Of a DNA stretch of 64,000 nt, positions 10,660-20,351 are shown piece by piece. The stretch covers positions 32,001 to 96,000 of the forward strand of contig CAXXHA010000036.1 of NCBI GenBank assembly GCA_963662265.2, written 5' to 3'. The position numbers and the translations under genes were made by a program. This DNA comes from Spirochaetia bacterium (GTDB taxonomy: Bacteria > Spirochaetota > Spirochaetia > CADAEX01). A model generated the notes under the pieces. That model worked only from the letters and a program-made list of their open reading frames with translations. It was not told where the DNA came from and ran no database searches. Numbering within the stretch: position 1 is the first letter of the stretch; each line of letters opens with the position of its first letter.

Positions 10660-11778
10660 TTATCCAGTAATTAATACTATTGATTTTTCCGTCACAGGGT
10701 CAAAAAAACTGCTTTTATTCATATCCGGAATAAAAAAGATTGTTTCCCCGACTGAAACATTTATATCAGAAGGGATCCTTGCTATGAATTTGTGATCTCC
10801 CCCCTCCAGATACAGGTGAGTCTCATCTCCGAGGGGTTCTATAACATCCACTTCTGCTTTGATAAAACATTCTCCCTTTTCCGGATTTCTTTTCAGCATG
10901 TTTTCAGGCCTTATTCCGAAGCAGACATTTTTCCTGTTCACTGATTCAAGGTATTTTTTTACATGGTCAGGAATTGTGATAAACACATTTTCATCCTCAA
11001 GTACAGTATTGTTTCCTGAAGCATTTAACTCCATGTCCAGAAAATTCATCGGCGGCGACCCTATGAAACCTGCAACAAATTTGTTGACAGGATTATTATA
11101 AAGTTCCAGGGGCCCCCCTATCTGCTGAATTATTCCATCCCTCATGACAACAATCCTGTCTGCCATCGTCATTGCCTCAATCTGGTCATGTGTTACATAG
11201 ATCATTGTTGCACCGAGCTGGTTGTGAAGCCGGGATAGTTCTGTTCTCATCTGAACCCTGAGTTTCGCATCAAGGTTTGAAAGCGGTTCATCAAACAGGA
11301 ATACTTTCGGTTTTCTGACAATTGCCCTGCCTACTGCAACTCTCTGTCTCTGCCCCCCCGAAAGCTCTTTCGGTTTCCTTTTTAGATAGTCCTCTATTCC
11401 CAGTATTACGGCAGCCTCCCTGACTCTTTTCTCTATTTCATCCTTGCTGAATTTTCTCATTTTCAGTCCGAATGCCATGTTGTCATAAACAGACATGTGG
11501 GGATAAAGTGCGTAATTCTGAAATACCATTGCAATATCCCTGTCCTTGGGCGGGATATCGTTTACAATTTTTCCGTCAATAAGAAGCTCTCCCCCTGTTA
11601 TTTCCTCAAGCCCCGCTACCATCCTTAGTGTTGTTGTTTTTCCGCAGCCTGAAGGACCAACAAGGACCACAAATTCCCTGTCTTTTATTTCAACATCTGC
11701 ACTGTCTACTGCTTTTGTCTCTCCTGAATATATTTTGGAAACTTTTCTTAGCTCTACATTTGCCATATTCTTCTCCAA
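10660..11778 (-). CDS. ugpC: Sugar/glycerol-3-phosphate ABC transporter ATP-binding protein (UgpC/MalK family)
   Basis: GPSGCGKTT, LSGGQRQRVA, DEPLSNLDAKLR, TOBE-like C-terminus. Confidence 0.9.
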   Translation of the reverse strand: MEKNMANVELRKVSKIYSGETKAVDSADVEIKDREFVVLVGPSGCGKTTTLRMVAGLEEITGGELLIDGKIVNDIPPKDRDIAMVFQNYALYPHMSVYDNMAFGLKMRKFSKDEIEKRVREAAVILGIEDYLKRKPKELSGGQRQRVAVGRAIVRKPKVFLFDEPLSNLDAKLRVQMRTELSRLHNQLGATMIYVTHDQIEAMTMADRIVVMRDGIIQQIGGPLELYNNPVNKFVAGFIGSPPMNFLDMELNASGNNTVLEDENVFITIPDHVKKYLESVNRKNVCFGIRPENMLKRNPEKGECFIKAEVDVIEPLGDETHLYLEGGDHKFIARIPSDINVSVGETIFFIPDMNKSSFFDPVTEKSIVLITG

Positions 11779-12627
11779 TTATTTATTACTGCTGAGGGCA
11801 AGCCCTTTTATGAGTGAACTCTGAAAAAGTATCAGAACTATCAGAGGCGGTATCATTGCAAGAACTGTTCCCGCCATAACAATATTCCAGTTGACTGCAG
11901 CATCTGTATCAACCAGCGATTTAAGACCTATCTGTATTACCCTGATTCTGTCGGCATTTGCCACTATCAGCGGCCAGAGGTACTGGTTCCATATGAATAT
12001 GAATTCAATGAGGAACAGGGCCGAAATATTTGTCTTTGAAAGTGGGATTACAACATGCCACAGGAACTTCAGGGGGGAAGCCCCGTCAACCTTTGCCGCA
12101 TCTACGAAAGACCCCGGAACAGTCATGTAAAGCTGCCTGAAAAGAAGTGTCCCTGTTGCACTCGCAAAAAACGGGATAGTGAGGGCCCAGTATGTGTTTA
12201 CCCAGTGCATTGAGCTCATAAGCTGGTATGTCGGCACAATCCTGACAGGGAGGGGCAGCATCTGTGTTATAAGAATAACAATGAAGAAAAATCCTTTCCC
12301 CTTGAAATCGTAAAATACAAATGAAAAAGCCGCGAAAATACTCAGGATTATTTTTCCGAATGCAACAGCCAGGGACATGAAAAGCGAATTCATAAGCAGT
12401 CTTCCCAGATTCGCTGATGTCCATGCTTCATGGTAATTTGCCAGAGTCCCTTTTCCGGGCAGCAGACGGGGGGGAAATTTAAAGTATTCACCCGAAGTCT
12501 GTGTACTCACAATAATCGCATAAAGCATTGGAAAAAGAACAATAACAAGCACTGATATCATTATTGTGTGGCTGATTATACGGTCAATTTTCTTGTAAGT
12601 CAGTTTTTTTGATATTTTCATGATCAT
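11779..12627 (-). CDS. ugpE: Carbohydrate ABC permease (UgpE-like)
   Basis: EAA loop DAAKVDGA, WNQYLWPL, ASATGTLLFRQ. Confidence 0.8.
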   Translation of the reverse strand: MIMKISKKLTYKKIDRIISHTIMISVLVIVLFPMLYAIIVSTQTSGEYFKFPPRLLPGKGTLANYHEAWTSANLGRLLMNSLFMSLAVAFGKIILSIFAAFSFVFYDFKGKGFFFIVILITQMLPLPVRIVPTYQLMSSMHWVNTYWALTIPFFASATGTLLFRQLYMTVPGSFVDAAKVDGASPLKFLWHVVIPLSKTNISALFLIEFIFIWNQYLWPLIVANADRIRVIQIGLKSLVDTDAAVNWNIVMAGTVLAMIPPLIVLILFQSSLIKGLALSSNK

Positions 12628-13508
12628 GCTCCGTAAAAGACAGATTTCTGGGTAATTCTGAACTGAATAGTCATGATAATTGAAACAAAGAGGAGCAGTA
12701 TTATTGACTGGGCAGAAGCTCCCCCTGTATCCATCGCTATAAAACCGTCTCTGTAGAGCTTGTATACAAGCAGGTCTGTTGCCCGTCCCGGTCCCCCTTC
12801 TGTAATTACATGAAGAAGTCCGAACTGCTGGAAAAAGGCGTAGAGCGTATTCATTATGAAAAGGAAGAATACTGTGGGAGATATGACAGGGAACATTACT
12901 TTCCAGAAGACCTGTCCCTTTCTTGCCCCGTCAATAATTGCGGCCTCGATTATTTCATTCGGAACGCTCTGCAGGCCGGCAAGTATGAAGATAATGTTGT
13001 ATCCAAGCATTTTCCATATAGCAGCTACAATGATGAAGATCATTGCATGAATGCCGTTTGAGATATATTCGAAATGTACTCCGAAAAAATTCAGTATATT
13101 TGTTGCAATCCCTATGGTTGGATTGAACATGAGTGCCCATATCATACCTGTTATGGCAGGAGAAAGCGCATAGGGCCATATAAGGAAAATCCTGTAAATA
13201 TTGAATCCCGGGTACCTCCTGTTGGCAACTCTTGCTATATAGATGCTTATCAGCAGTCCCAGGAAGACCACAAAAACTGCAAAAACAAGGCTCAGGACAA
13301 GCGAGTTCAGGTAGTCAGGATTTTTAAGCAGTCTTGTGAAATTTGTTAATCCGACAAATATTTTTCTTGTACCTGTCATGTTTACCCTGTAGAAACTGTA
13401 GTAGAGACTCTGGATACTCGGGTATATGAAAAATATAGTGATTATTATGATGCTTGGGGACAGAAGAACATAGGGAAGCCATTTCTGTGATTTTAATTTT
13501 ACCTGCAT
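12624..13508 (-). CDS. ugpA: Carbohydrate ABC permease (UgpA-like)
   Basis: WPYALSPA, WKMLGYN, EAAIIDGA; start revised to ATG 13508 (GGAG RBS). Confidence 0.8.
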   Translation of the reverse strand: MQVKLKSQKWLPYVLLSPSIIIITIFFIYPSIQSLYYSFYRVNMTGTRKIFVGLTNFTRLLKNPDYLNSLVLSLVFAVFVVFLGLLISIYIARVANRRYPGFNIYRIFLIWPYALSPAITGMIWALMFNPTIGIATNILNFFGVHFEYISNGIHAMIFIIVAAIWKMLGYNIIFILAGLQSVPNEIIEAAIIDGARKGQVFWKVMFPVISPTVFFLFIMNTLYAFFQQFGLLHVITEGGPGRATDLLVYKLYRDGFIAMDTGGASAQSIILLLFVSIIMTIQFRITQKSVFYGA

Positions 13509-13529
13509 TGAATACTCCGCGGAAAACAT

Positions 13530-13554
13530 GCCTCCCCTGAAATGCAGGGGAGGC
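13530..13554 (-). other. GC-rich intercistronic hairpin after the binding-protein gene (likely mRNA stabiliser/attenuator)
   Basis: GCCTCCCCTG-AAATG-CAGGGGAGGC, perfect 10-bp stem, no U-tract. Confidence 0.55.
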
Positions 13555-13575
13555 CGGATAAAATGATTAAAATTA

Positions 13576-14925
13576 CTATTCCACTGTCATCAGATAATCT
13601 GAAAGAACCTGGTCGCAGTCTTCCTTTGCTTTATCAAGGACCTGCTGCGGATCTTTCATATTTACCACAACATCTTCTATCGCAACTCCGACAATATCCC
13701 TGATCTGAACAAAGTTGCCGAGAAGAACTCCTGTAGCTGCATGGCCTGTATCTCCCGACATAATCTGGTCGAACGCTGTTGCGAAGCGGGGATCTTTTTC
13801 AAACCATCCCTCATTCTTGAGACTTGAATATGCCTTCTTGTTGACCGGGAAATACCCTGTCTGTTTGTGCCACATCACAGCGTTATCAACTTTAAACAGG
13901 TATTTGAGAAATTCCCATGCAGCAACGTTTACTTCATCGCTGTGTCCTGACATCAGCCAGATACTGGCTCCCCCTATTACGCTGTTTCCTTTCTTTCCGT
14001 AATCAGGGATCCTGGGCAGGTATGCTGTTCCAAGGTTGAAATCAGCCTTTTTTATGATACCTGCAAGGCTGGATGTTGACTGGACCAGCATAGCGAATTC
14101 CCCTGCAAGAAAAGGATCGTTAGCCTTGTATGTTCTTCCTCCGTAGACAAGCACTCCGTCTTTTGCCCATTTCTGCCATTCTGAAAGAACTCTTACCCCG
14201 AATTCCTTGTTGATATATACTTCATCGGCTCTGCCGTCACGGCCGTTTTTGTTGTTTGCATAATATTCATTGTGATATGCATGCATCTGTTCAAATATCC
14301 AGGCAGGCCAGCCGAAGGATATTCCCCCTTTTGCGAGTCCCATATCGACAATTTTCTTGCCATACTCATAAATTTCATCGAATGTGGCAGGCGGTTTATC
14401 GGGATCCAGTCCTGCCTTTTCAAAAAGGTCCTTGTTATAGTAGATCATTGCAGTTGATGAATTGAACGGCATACTGTACATCTCGCCGTCATAGCTGTAG
14501 TATTTCATTATAGGTTCAACAACCTCGTTAAAATCCACTTCTCCCCTGTTCAGGTTTTTTATAGGGATTATTGCACCGGAATCCTTCATTGTCTGGGTGC
14601 CTACTTCATAACTCTGCAGGAGCACAGGGGGATTCCCCGCTTTGACAGCTGCAAGCCCTTTTGTCACAGTCTCGCCGTAACTTCCTGTGTAAAGCGCTTC
14701 AACCGTCATTCCCGGATGAGATTTGTTGAATCCTTCAACAAGGGCATCAACAACCTTTGCCCTGCTTCCTGACATCGCATGCCAGAACGTCACAGTACCG
14801 GCTCCTTTTGTTCCGTCCGGAATTTCATAATCCATTGGTGAAGCTGATTTTTCTTTTTTCCCACCTGCAAATGTGAGCGGCATAATCATGAGGCATAACA
14901 GAATTGCAGCAACTGTTTTTTTCAT
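13576..14925 (-). CDS. ugpB: ABC extracellular solute-binding protein (UgpB-like)
   Basis: Signal peptide, FWHAMSG, QSYEVGT, SMPFNSST, GGASIW, WHKQTGYFP. Confidence 0.8.
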   Translation of the reverse strand: MKKTVAAILLCLMIMPLTFAGGKKEKSASPMDYEIPDGTKGAGTVTFWHAMSGSRAKVVDALVEGFNKSHPGMTVEALYTGSYGETVTKGLAAVKAGNPPVLLQSYEVGTQTMKDSGAIIPIKNLNRGEVDFNEVVEPIMKYYSYDGEMYSMPFNSSTAMIYYNKDLFEKAGLDPDKPPATFDEIYEYGKKIVDMGLAKGGISFGWPAWIFEQMHAYHNEYYANNKNGRDGRADEVYINKEFGVRVLSEWQKWAKDGVLVYGGRTYKANDPFLAGEFAMLVQSTSSLAGIIKKADFNLGTAYLPRIPDYGKKGNSVIGGASIWLMSGHSDEVNVAAWEFLKYLFKVDNAVMWHKQTGYFPVNKKAYSSLKNEGWFEKDPRFATAFDQIMSGDTGHAATGVLLGNFVQIRDIVGVAIEDVVVNMKDPQQVLDKAKEDCDQVLSDYLMTVE

Positions 14926-15212
14926 TTTTTACCTCCAAAAATTTAAAGCATGCACTGCATGCTGATTTCAGAATTGATGATAAAAAACGGATAATCAGTA
15001 ATGCTGATGATTAATGTAAAATGATTATTCTTTTTTTAAACATATGTTTTTTATAAAACAAATTTATGTCACTTTTTAAAAGTCTAAACCTCAGGTTTTG
15101 AATTGTCAAATGATTGTTCGGGAAAGTTGGAGTTATACGTCAATAAATGTTGAGTTATGCACCGACTTGACAGTCATATGCCTTTATTGGAAACCTGAAA
15201 TAAATACTGAGT

Positions 15213-16076
15213 TTAATTGTCTTTATCCAGTTTATAGCCGGTTTCAGCTATTTTTTTGAGCCAGTCATAATCTGATTTTTGCACTTCGGTGAAAGGATCT
15301 AGGTCTGCCTGATGAAGAGCGTTTCTCCCTTCTCTTGTACTCTCAAGGCTCAGGAGGAAATTTTTTGTTTTTTCTATAAGCTCCTCTCCAATTTCAGTGT
15401 TTACAACAAAAGGTCCCAGTGGAAAGGTGGGGCTTTTATAAATTATCCTGAATTTTTCCTTGATTTGCTTATCCTGTTCATTGAATATAAATGAAGCCAC
15501 AACACCGCTGTCAATTGTTTTATTGAGAATTGAAAAGAGGATTGAATCCTGTTTCTGTATTATCAGTGCTTTTCTGAAATACTCTTCCGGTTTTATCCCC
15601 AGTTGATAAAGCTGATGCATGGGGACGAGAAATGCGCTTGTTGAATAGGGATCTCCGAATGCAAAGGATTTAGCTTTCAGGTCCGCAATTGAATTTATAT
15701 TGCTTTCGTTCCTTACAATAAAAAGACTTCTGTAGTTTTTATTGTTTTGCTTTACCCTTGCCGCAATTGGTATCAGGTTCTGTTTTTCCATGATGTTGAT
15801 ATAGGAGTATGCATTTATTATTCCCATATCTATTTTGTTGCTCATGTATTTTTTCTGCATTTCCTCATAGGTGTTTGAAAGTACAAAAATTATTTTCCTG
15901 TCAAGCTCTTCAGAAAGGAGATGGATTAACGGTGCATATTTCTTGAAAATTACGGCGGAACTTTCTCCGTAGGCATGGCCGAATTTGATGACTTTTTTGT
16001 TCTCTTCTGCAGACATTGAAAATGGGTAGAGTATAATTATTATAACCAGCAGTATTTTTCTCATAGAAAAACTCAT
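15213..16076 (-). CDS. PhnD-like periplasmic binding protein, tandem paralog A
   Basis: Signal peptide; YRSLFIVR, ADLKAKSFAFGDPYSTS, FPLGPFVV. Confidence 0.8.
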   Translation of the reverse strand: MSFSMRKILLVIIIILYPFSMSAEENKKVIKFGHAYGESSAVIFKKYAPLIHLLSEELDRKIIFVLSNTYEEMQKKYMSNKIDMGIINAYSYINIMEKQNLIPIAARVKQNNKNYRSLFIVRNESNINSIADLKAKSFAFGDPYSTSAFLVPMHQLYQLGIKPEEYFRKALIIQKQDSILFSILNKTIDSGVVASFIFNEQDKQIKEKFRIIYKSPTFPLGPFVVNTEIGEELIEKTKNFLLSLESTREGRNALHQADLDPFTEVQKSDYDWLKKIAETGYKLDKDN

Positions 16077-16190
16077 TTGTTTGATTATAAATTAAAATTA
16101 AGTATTATTATAGCGATTTTAATGTCCATAACTCGGATATTTTGGAAAACAGCTTCTTATGGCAGATTATGGAAGAAGCTGCTATAGCGG

Positions 16191-17093
16191 CTAATCTTCA
16201 GGCTTCAGATTATCTGTATCTTTGAATTCTTCTGTATCTATTGTATATCCGGCTTCAACAATTTCCTTGAGCCAGTTATAGTCTGATTTCTGTACTTCCT
16301 CAAACGGGTCGAGGCCTGCTTTTGAAAGGGCATTTCTTCCTTCTTCCGTGTTTTCCAGGCTTAACAGGAATTCTTTTGTCTTTTCTATATTTGTTTTACC
16401 TATTCTTGTGTTTACAACAAAAGGACCTAATGGGTACTGGCGTGTTTTATGAATGATTCTGAAGTTTTTCTTGAGATCTTCTCTCTGTTCATTGAAGATA
16501 AAAGATGCGACAGCACCGCCGTCAATTGTTTTATTCAGTATTGAGTATATTATTGAATCCTGTTTAGGGATTATCACTGTTTTTCTGAAAAAATCCTGTG
16601 GCACTATGTTGAGTTTATCAAGCTGATACATTGGTACAAGAAATGAGCTTGTTGAATAGGGATCGCCGAATGCAAAAGACCGGTTTTTAAGGTCCCCGAT
16701 ATTCATGATATTGCTGTCTTTCCTGACAATAAAGTAAGTTCTGTAATTTTTGCTGTTTTCCTTGACTCTTGCTGCAATCGGCAACAGGTCGGGGGAATCC
16801 ATGAGGCTTATGAATGGATAGGCATTAAGTATTCCCATCTCAATCTCGTTGCTTAGAAAACCGGTAAGCATCTCTTTATATGTTTTTTTGGGTACAAACA
16901 GGACTTTTTTTCCAAGTTTCTCAGATAATAAATTTAAAAGTGATGAATATTTATTGAATATGACTGCTGAATTTTCACCTGACGGGTATCCGAATTTAAT
17001 TATATATAACTGCTCATCGGAAAACGCTGTAACTCCTGAGAAAAAAAATATACCCAGAATGACTAAAATAGTCCTGTAAAATGAATAAAACAT
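16191..17093 (-). CDS. PhnD-like periplasmic binding protein, tandem paralog B
   Basis: Collinear with paralog A (MGILNAY, FAFGDPYSTS, KQDSI, LNKTID, PLGPFVVNT, VQKSDY.WLK). Confidence 0.8.
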   Translation of the reverse strand: MFYSFYRTILVILGIFFFSGVTAFSDEQLYIIKFGYPSGENSAVIFNKYSSLLNLLSEKLGKKVLFVPKKTYKEMLTGFLSNEIEMGILNAYPFISLMDSPDLLPIAARVKENSKNYRTYFIVRKDSNIMNIGDLKNRSFAFGDPYSTSSFLVPMYQLDKLNIVPQDFFRKTVIIPKQDSIIYSILNKTIDGGAVASFIFNEQREDLKKNFRIIHKTRQYPLGPFVVNTRIGKTNIEKTKEFLLSLENTEEGRNALSKAGLDPFEEVQKSDYNWLKEIVEAGYTIDTEEFKDTDNLKPED

Positions 17094-17181
17094 TGAATAA
17101 ATTATAGAATAAAACTAAGTTTTGTAACAGGGGATTGTATCCTGCGTGGTATTATTTCCTTTGTATATACTGGAGAAAAAA

Positions 17182-18588
17182 ATGAAAATAACTACAAAGT
17201 TTATCTTTTCAACAGTTTTGATCGTATTTATTACTGGAGCCATACTTGTCGGGTTTTCTGTTAATACACAGAAAAGGCTTATTGAAGAGCAGATAATAAA
17301 AAAGGGCTCTGTCCTTGCCGAAGTCCTCTCTGTTTCCCTGATGATACCTATGCTGAATTTTGATTATTCATCTGTAAAACTCTTTTTTGATACACTTTCC
17401 AGGGATACAGATGTTATTGAAGGGGAACTTCTGGATAACAATAATATAGTAAAAATGCACACAGATATTGATCGTCTCGGGGAATCACATATCTATAAAA
17501 TAAATTTCGAGGATATGGGTGACACAATTGTACACAGGAATGATCCGGGAGATAACGGCAGCAGGCTGATAAGTTATGATTTTTTCAGTTCTGTACGGGT
17601 GGAAGATGAGCAGATAGGTGTATTTCATATCACCCTTACAAATGAAACATATCTCCAGGTGATAAGGATTGCATGGATAAAAATGATGCTTCTGGGACTT
17701 TTTGTAATAGTTATCGGTATTGCAGGCGCTTTTCTTCTCGGTGTGCAGATTTCCCGCCCTATCAAGGAACTTGTAAAGGGGGCAGAGTCTGTTTCCGGCG
17801 GAAATTTTAACTGGGATGTTAATATAAGGTCCCGGGATGAGATAGGGATACTTTCAACTGCATTCAAAAACATGACAGAAAGGCTGGATATAAATATCAA
17901 GTCGAGAATTAACAGCGAGAAAATGGCTGTTATTGGCCAGCTGTCATCTGTTCTTGCCCATGAAATAAAAAACCCGCTTGAACCGATTAAGGGCTCAGCA
18001 GAACTTCTTAAAATTTATTATCCCGAAGAGGAGCAGATTCTGAAATTCGCAGGCATAATACAGGAAGAGGTTCTGAGACTTATCTCTTTTATAGATAATT
18101 TTCTTGATTTTGCGAGGCCGAGAGATCCTGAGTTCAAGGAGGTTAATCTTAATACGCTTATCAACAAGACTTTTCTGCTTCTTGAAAAGCTTGTTCATGA
18201 CAACAAGATAGATGTTGAATTCAGCCTGGAAGGGGAACTTCCTCCTGTAAGAGGAGATGCTTCCATGCTGAAACAGGTTGTACTCAATGTTGTGCTTAAT
18301 GCAATTCAGGCAGTAAAGAAAAACCATGGATATATAAAAGTTGTCACCAGCCATAACGGTTCAATGGCAGAGCTTAAGATAACAGATCATGGAACAGGTA
18401 TAGAAAAAGAGGTGCTTGACAGTATTTTTGACCCTTTCTATACGACAAAAGCGGAAGGTTCCGGGACAGGGCTTACTACAAGTCTGAGGATTATTGAGCA
18501 GCATGGCGGAGAAATAATCATAGAAAGTGAACCCGGAATGATGACAATGGTACAGATATTGCTACCGTTGATTGTAGCGAGGAAATGA
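17182..18588 (+). CDS. Membrane sensor histidine kinase (NtrB/AtoS-like, HAMP)
   Basis: LAHEIKNPL, NAIQA, FDPFYTTK, GTGLTTS; start ATG 17182 with GGAG RBS. Confidence 0.9.
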   Translation: MKITTKFIFSTVLIVFITGAILVGFSVNTQKRLIEEQIIKKGSVLAEVLSVSLMIPMLNFDYSSVKLFFDTLSRDTDVIEGELLDNNNIVKMHTDIDRLGESHIYKINFEDMGDTIVHRNDPGDNGSRLISYDFFSSVRVEDEQIGVFHITLTNETYLQVIRIAWIKMMLLGLFVIVIGIAGAFLLGVQISRPIKELVKGAESVSGGNFNWDVNIRSRDEIGILSTAFKNMTERLDINIKSRINSEKMAVIGQLSSVLAHEIKNPLEPIKGSAELLKIYYPEEEQILKFAGIIQEEVLRLISFIDNFLDFARPRDPEFKEVNLNTLINKTFLLLEKLVHDNKIDVEFSLEGELPPVRGDASMLKQVVLNVVLNAIQAVKKNHGYIKVVTSHNGSMAELKITDHGTGIEKEVLDSIFDPFYTTKAEGSGTGLTTSLRIIEQHGGEIIIESEPGMMTMVQILLPLIVARK

Positions 18589-18595
18589 GGCAGCG

Positions 18596-19957
18596 ATGAA
18601 TGAACATATATTAGTGGTTGATGATAAGGTAAATATCAGAATGGTTCTTAAGGGGATTCTGGAAAACAGCGGCTATAGTGTGACTGAGGCGGAAAACGGA
18701 AAATCAGCTTTATCTTCCATAGAAAAATCTGTTCCTGATCTTGTCCTGACTGATCTTAAAATGGATGAAATGAATGGTATTGAACTTACAAAAAAAATCA
18801 AGGAAAAATATTTAAATCTTCCTGTAATAATAATGACAGCTTATGGATCAATAACAAGCGCAGTCGATGCAATAAAATCGGGTGGATATGATTATATAAC
18901 GAAACCTATTGATTATGATCTTCTGAAAATCAAGATAAAAAGAGCCTGTGAGGAACGAGCCATAAAGAGAGAGAACAGGGATCTCAGGGAAAAACTCAAC
19001 AGGGGATGGAGCCTGGACAGGATTATCGGAAAGTCACCTGTCATGCAGAAGATGTTCTCTCTGATTAAAACAGTTGCGCCTGTTGATTCAAGTGTTCTGA
19101 TAGAGGGGGAATCAGGCACAGGAAAGGAACTTGTTGCAAGAGGCATCTATATCAACAGCAGGAGAAAGGAGGGGCCCTTTGTTGTTGTCGACTGCTCCTC
19201 TCTTCCAGCAGGTCTTCTTGAAAGTGAACTGTTCGGTTATGAAAAAGGGGCGTTTACAGGTGCTGCAGCCAGAAAAAAAGGGCGAATTGAACTTGCAAAT
19301 AAGGGAACTCTCTTTCTTGATGAGATAGGGGAGATGAGTCTTGAGCTCCAGTCAAAACTTCTCAGGGTTCTCCAGGAGAAGCAGATTCAGAGAATAGGAG
19401 GGCTTGAAACAATTGATGTGGATTTCCGGCTCATTGCAGCAACAAACAGGACTCTCTCCGATGAGGTTGAAAAGCGAAATTTCCGTTCAGACCTTTATTA
19501 CAGGCTCAATATTATCAATATTGATGTCCCCCCCCTCCGCAGCAGGACAGAAGATATTCCACTCCTTGCGGCAAATTTTATAAAGAGAATTTCAGAGAAA
19601 AACAGCCTCCCTGAAAAAACAATATCTCCTTCTCTCATGGAAAAAATGCTTTTATACAGGTGGCCCGGCAATGTAAGGGAGCTTGAAAACTGTATTGAAC
19701 GGCTCATGGTAATCAGCCAGGGAGATACTCTTGATGAGTATTTCTTTAATACAGAGACAGAAGACAGTTCAGAGGATGAAATCAAGAGCAGTGTAGACAA
19801 TGTTGCAGATAGTTATGATCTCTTTGAAATTGAAAAAAAGGTACTGCTGGAAGCTCTTGAAAAAGCACAGTGGAACAAGTCAAAGGCTGCCCGGATGCTT
19901 AATATAGACAGAAAAGCCCTCTACAACAGGATAAAAAAATACGGGATTGGGGAATAA
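18596..19957 (+). CDS. Sigma54-dependent response regulator (NtrC/AtoC family)
   Basis: REC domain, GESGTGKE, ESELFG..KGAFTGA, WPGNVREL, Fis-type HTH. Confidence 0.95.
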   Translation: MNEHILVVDDKVNIRMVLKGILENSGYSVTEAENGKSALSSIEKSVPDLVLTDLKMDEMNGIELTKKIKEKYLNLPVIIMTAYGSITSAVDAIKSGGYDYITKPIDYDLLKIKIKRACEERAIKRENRDLREKLNRGWSLDRIIGKSPVMQKMFSLIKTVAPVDSSVLIEGESGTGKELVARGIYINSRRKEGPFVVVDCSSLPAGLLESELFGYEKGAFTGAAARKKGRIELANKGTLFLDEIGEMSLELQSKLLRVLQEKQIQRIGGLETIDVDFRLIAATNRTLSDEVEKRNFRSDLYYRLNIINIDVPPLRSRTEDIPLLAANFIKRISEKNSLPEKTISPSLMEKMLLYRWPGNVRELENCIERLMVISQGDTLDEYFFNTETEDSSEDEIKSSVDNVADSYDLFEIEKKVLLEALEKAQWNKSKAARMLNIDRKALYNRIKKYGIGE

Positions 19958-20064
19958 CCTGTTGTACCCTGAGAAGTTATAATTTTCTGAAACCTGTATA
20001 TTTTCCGGGATTCTGCAGAATTCAATGCTTTCTGATTTAATTTTTTAACAGTCTTAACAATATA

Positions 20065-20116
20065 AAACTGTGCCGATTGGCACAGTTTGTTCTTTTACGG
20101 TGTGTAAAACAGCACA
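20065..20116 (+). promoter_or_regulatory. Tandem upstream activator sequences for the sigma54 promoter
   Basis: Perfect palindrome AAACTGTGCC-GATT-GGCACAGTTT (TGT-N10-ACA, 20065-20088) and a second TGT-N10-ACA at 20101-20116. Confidence 0.65.
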
Positions 20117-20292
20117 TGTGTTCCGCCGGGAATACATATGTTTCTGAAAAAATACAGCATTTCTTCAAGTTTTCAGATATTTTTTTAATAATTCTCTGCT
20201 CAAGGTATTTCTGTTTTCATTTTTGTGATTTTCCGGTCCGGTTTTCTGCTGAATTTCGTAATTTTTATAAATATTTATAATTCATAATAAGC

Positions 20293-20308
20293 TGGCATCT
20301 TTTTTGCA
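20293..20308 (+). promoter_or_regulatory. Sigma54 (-24/-12) promoter of tctCBA
   Basis: TGGCATCTTTTTTGCA: GG-N10-GC consensus, 43 nt before the tctC ATG, next to an NtrC-family gene. Confidence 0.85.
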
Positions 20309-20351
20309 TTAGGTAGGTGAAACATAATTATCATGAAAAAGGAGATTTTCA

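Noticed and set aside
20079-20095. TGGCAC as a second sigma54 promoter
   Set aside because: No GC at the -12 position; it is the right arm of the enhancer palindrome
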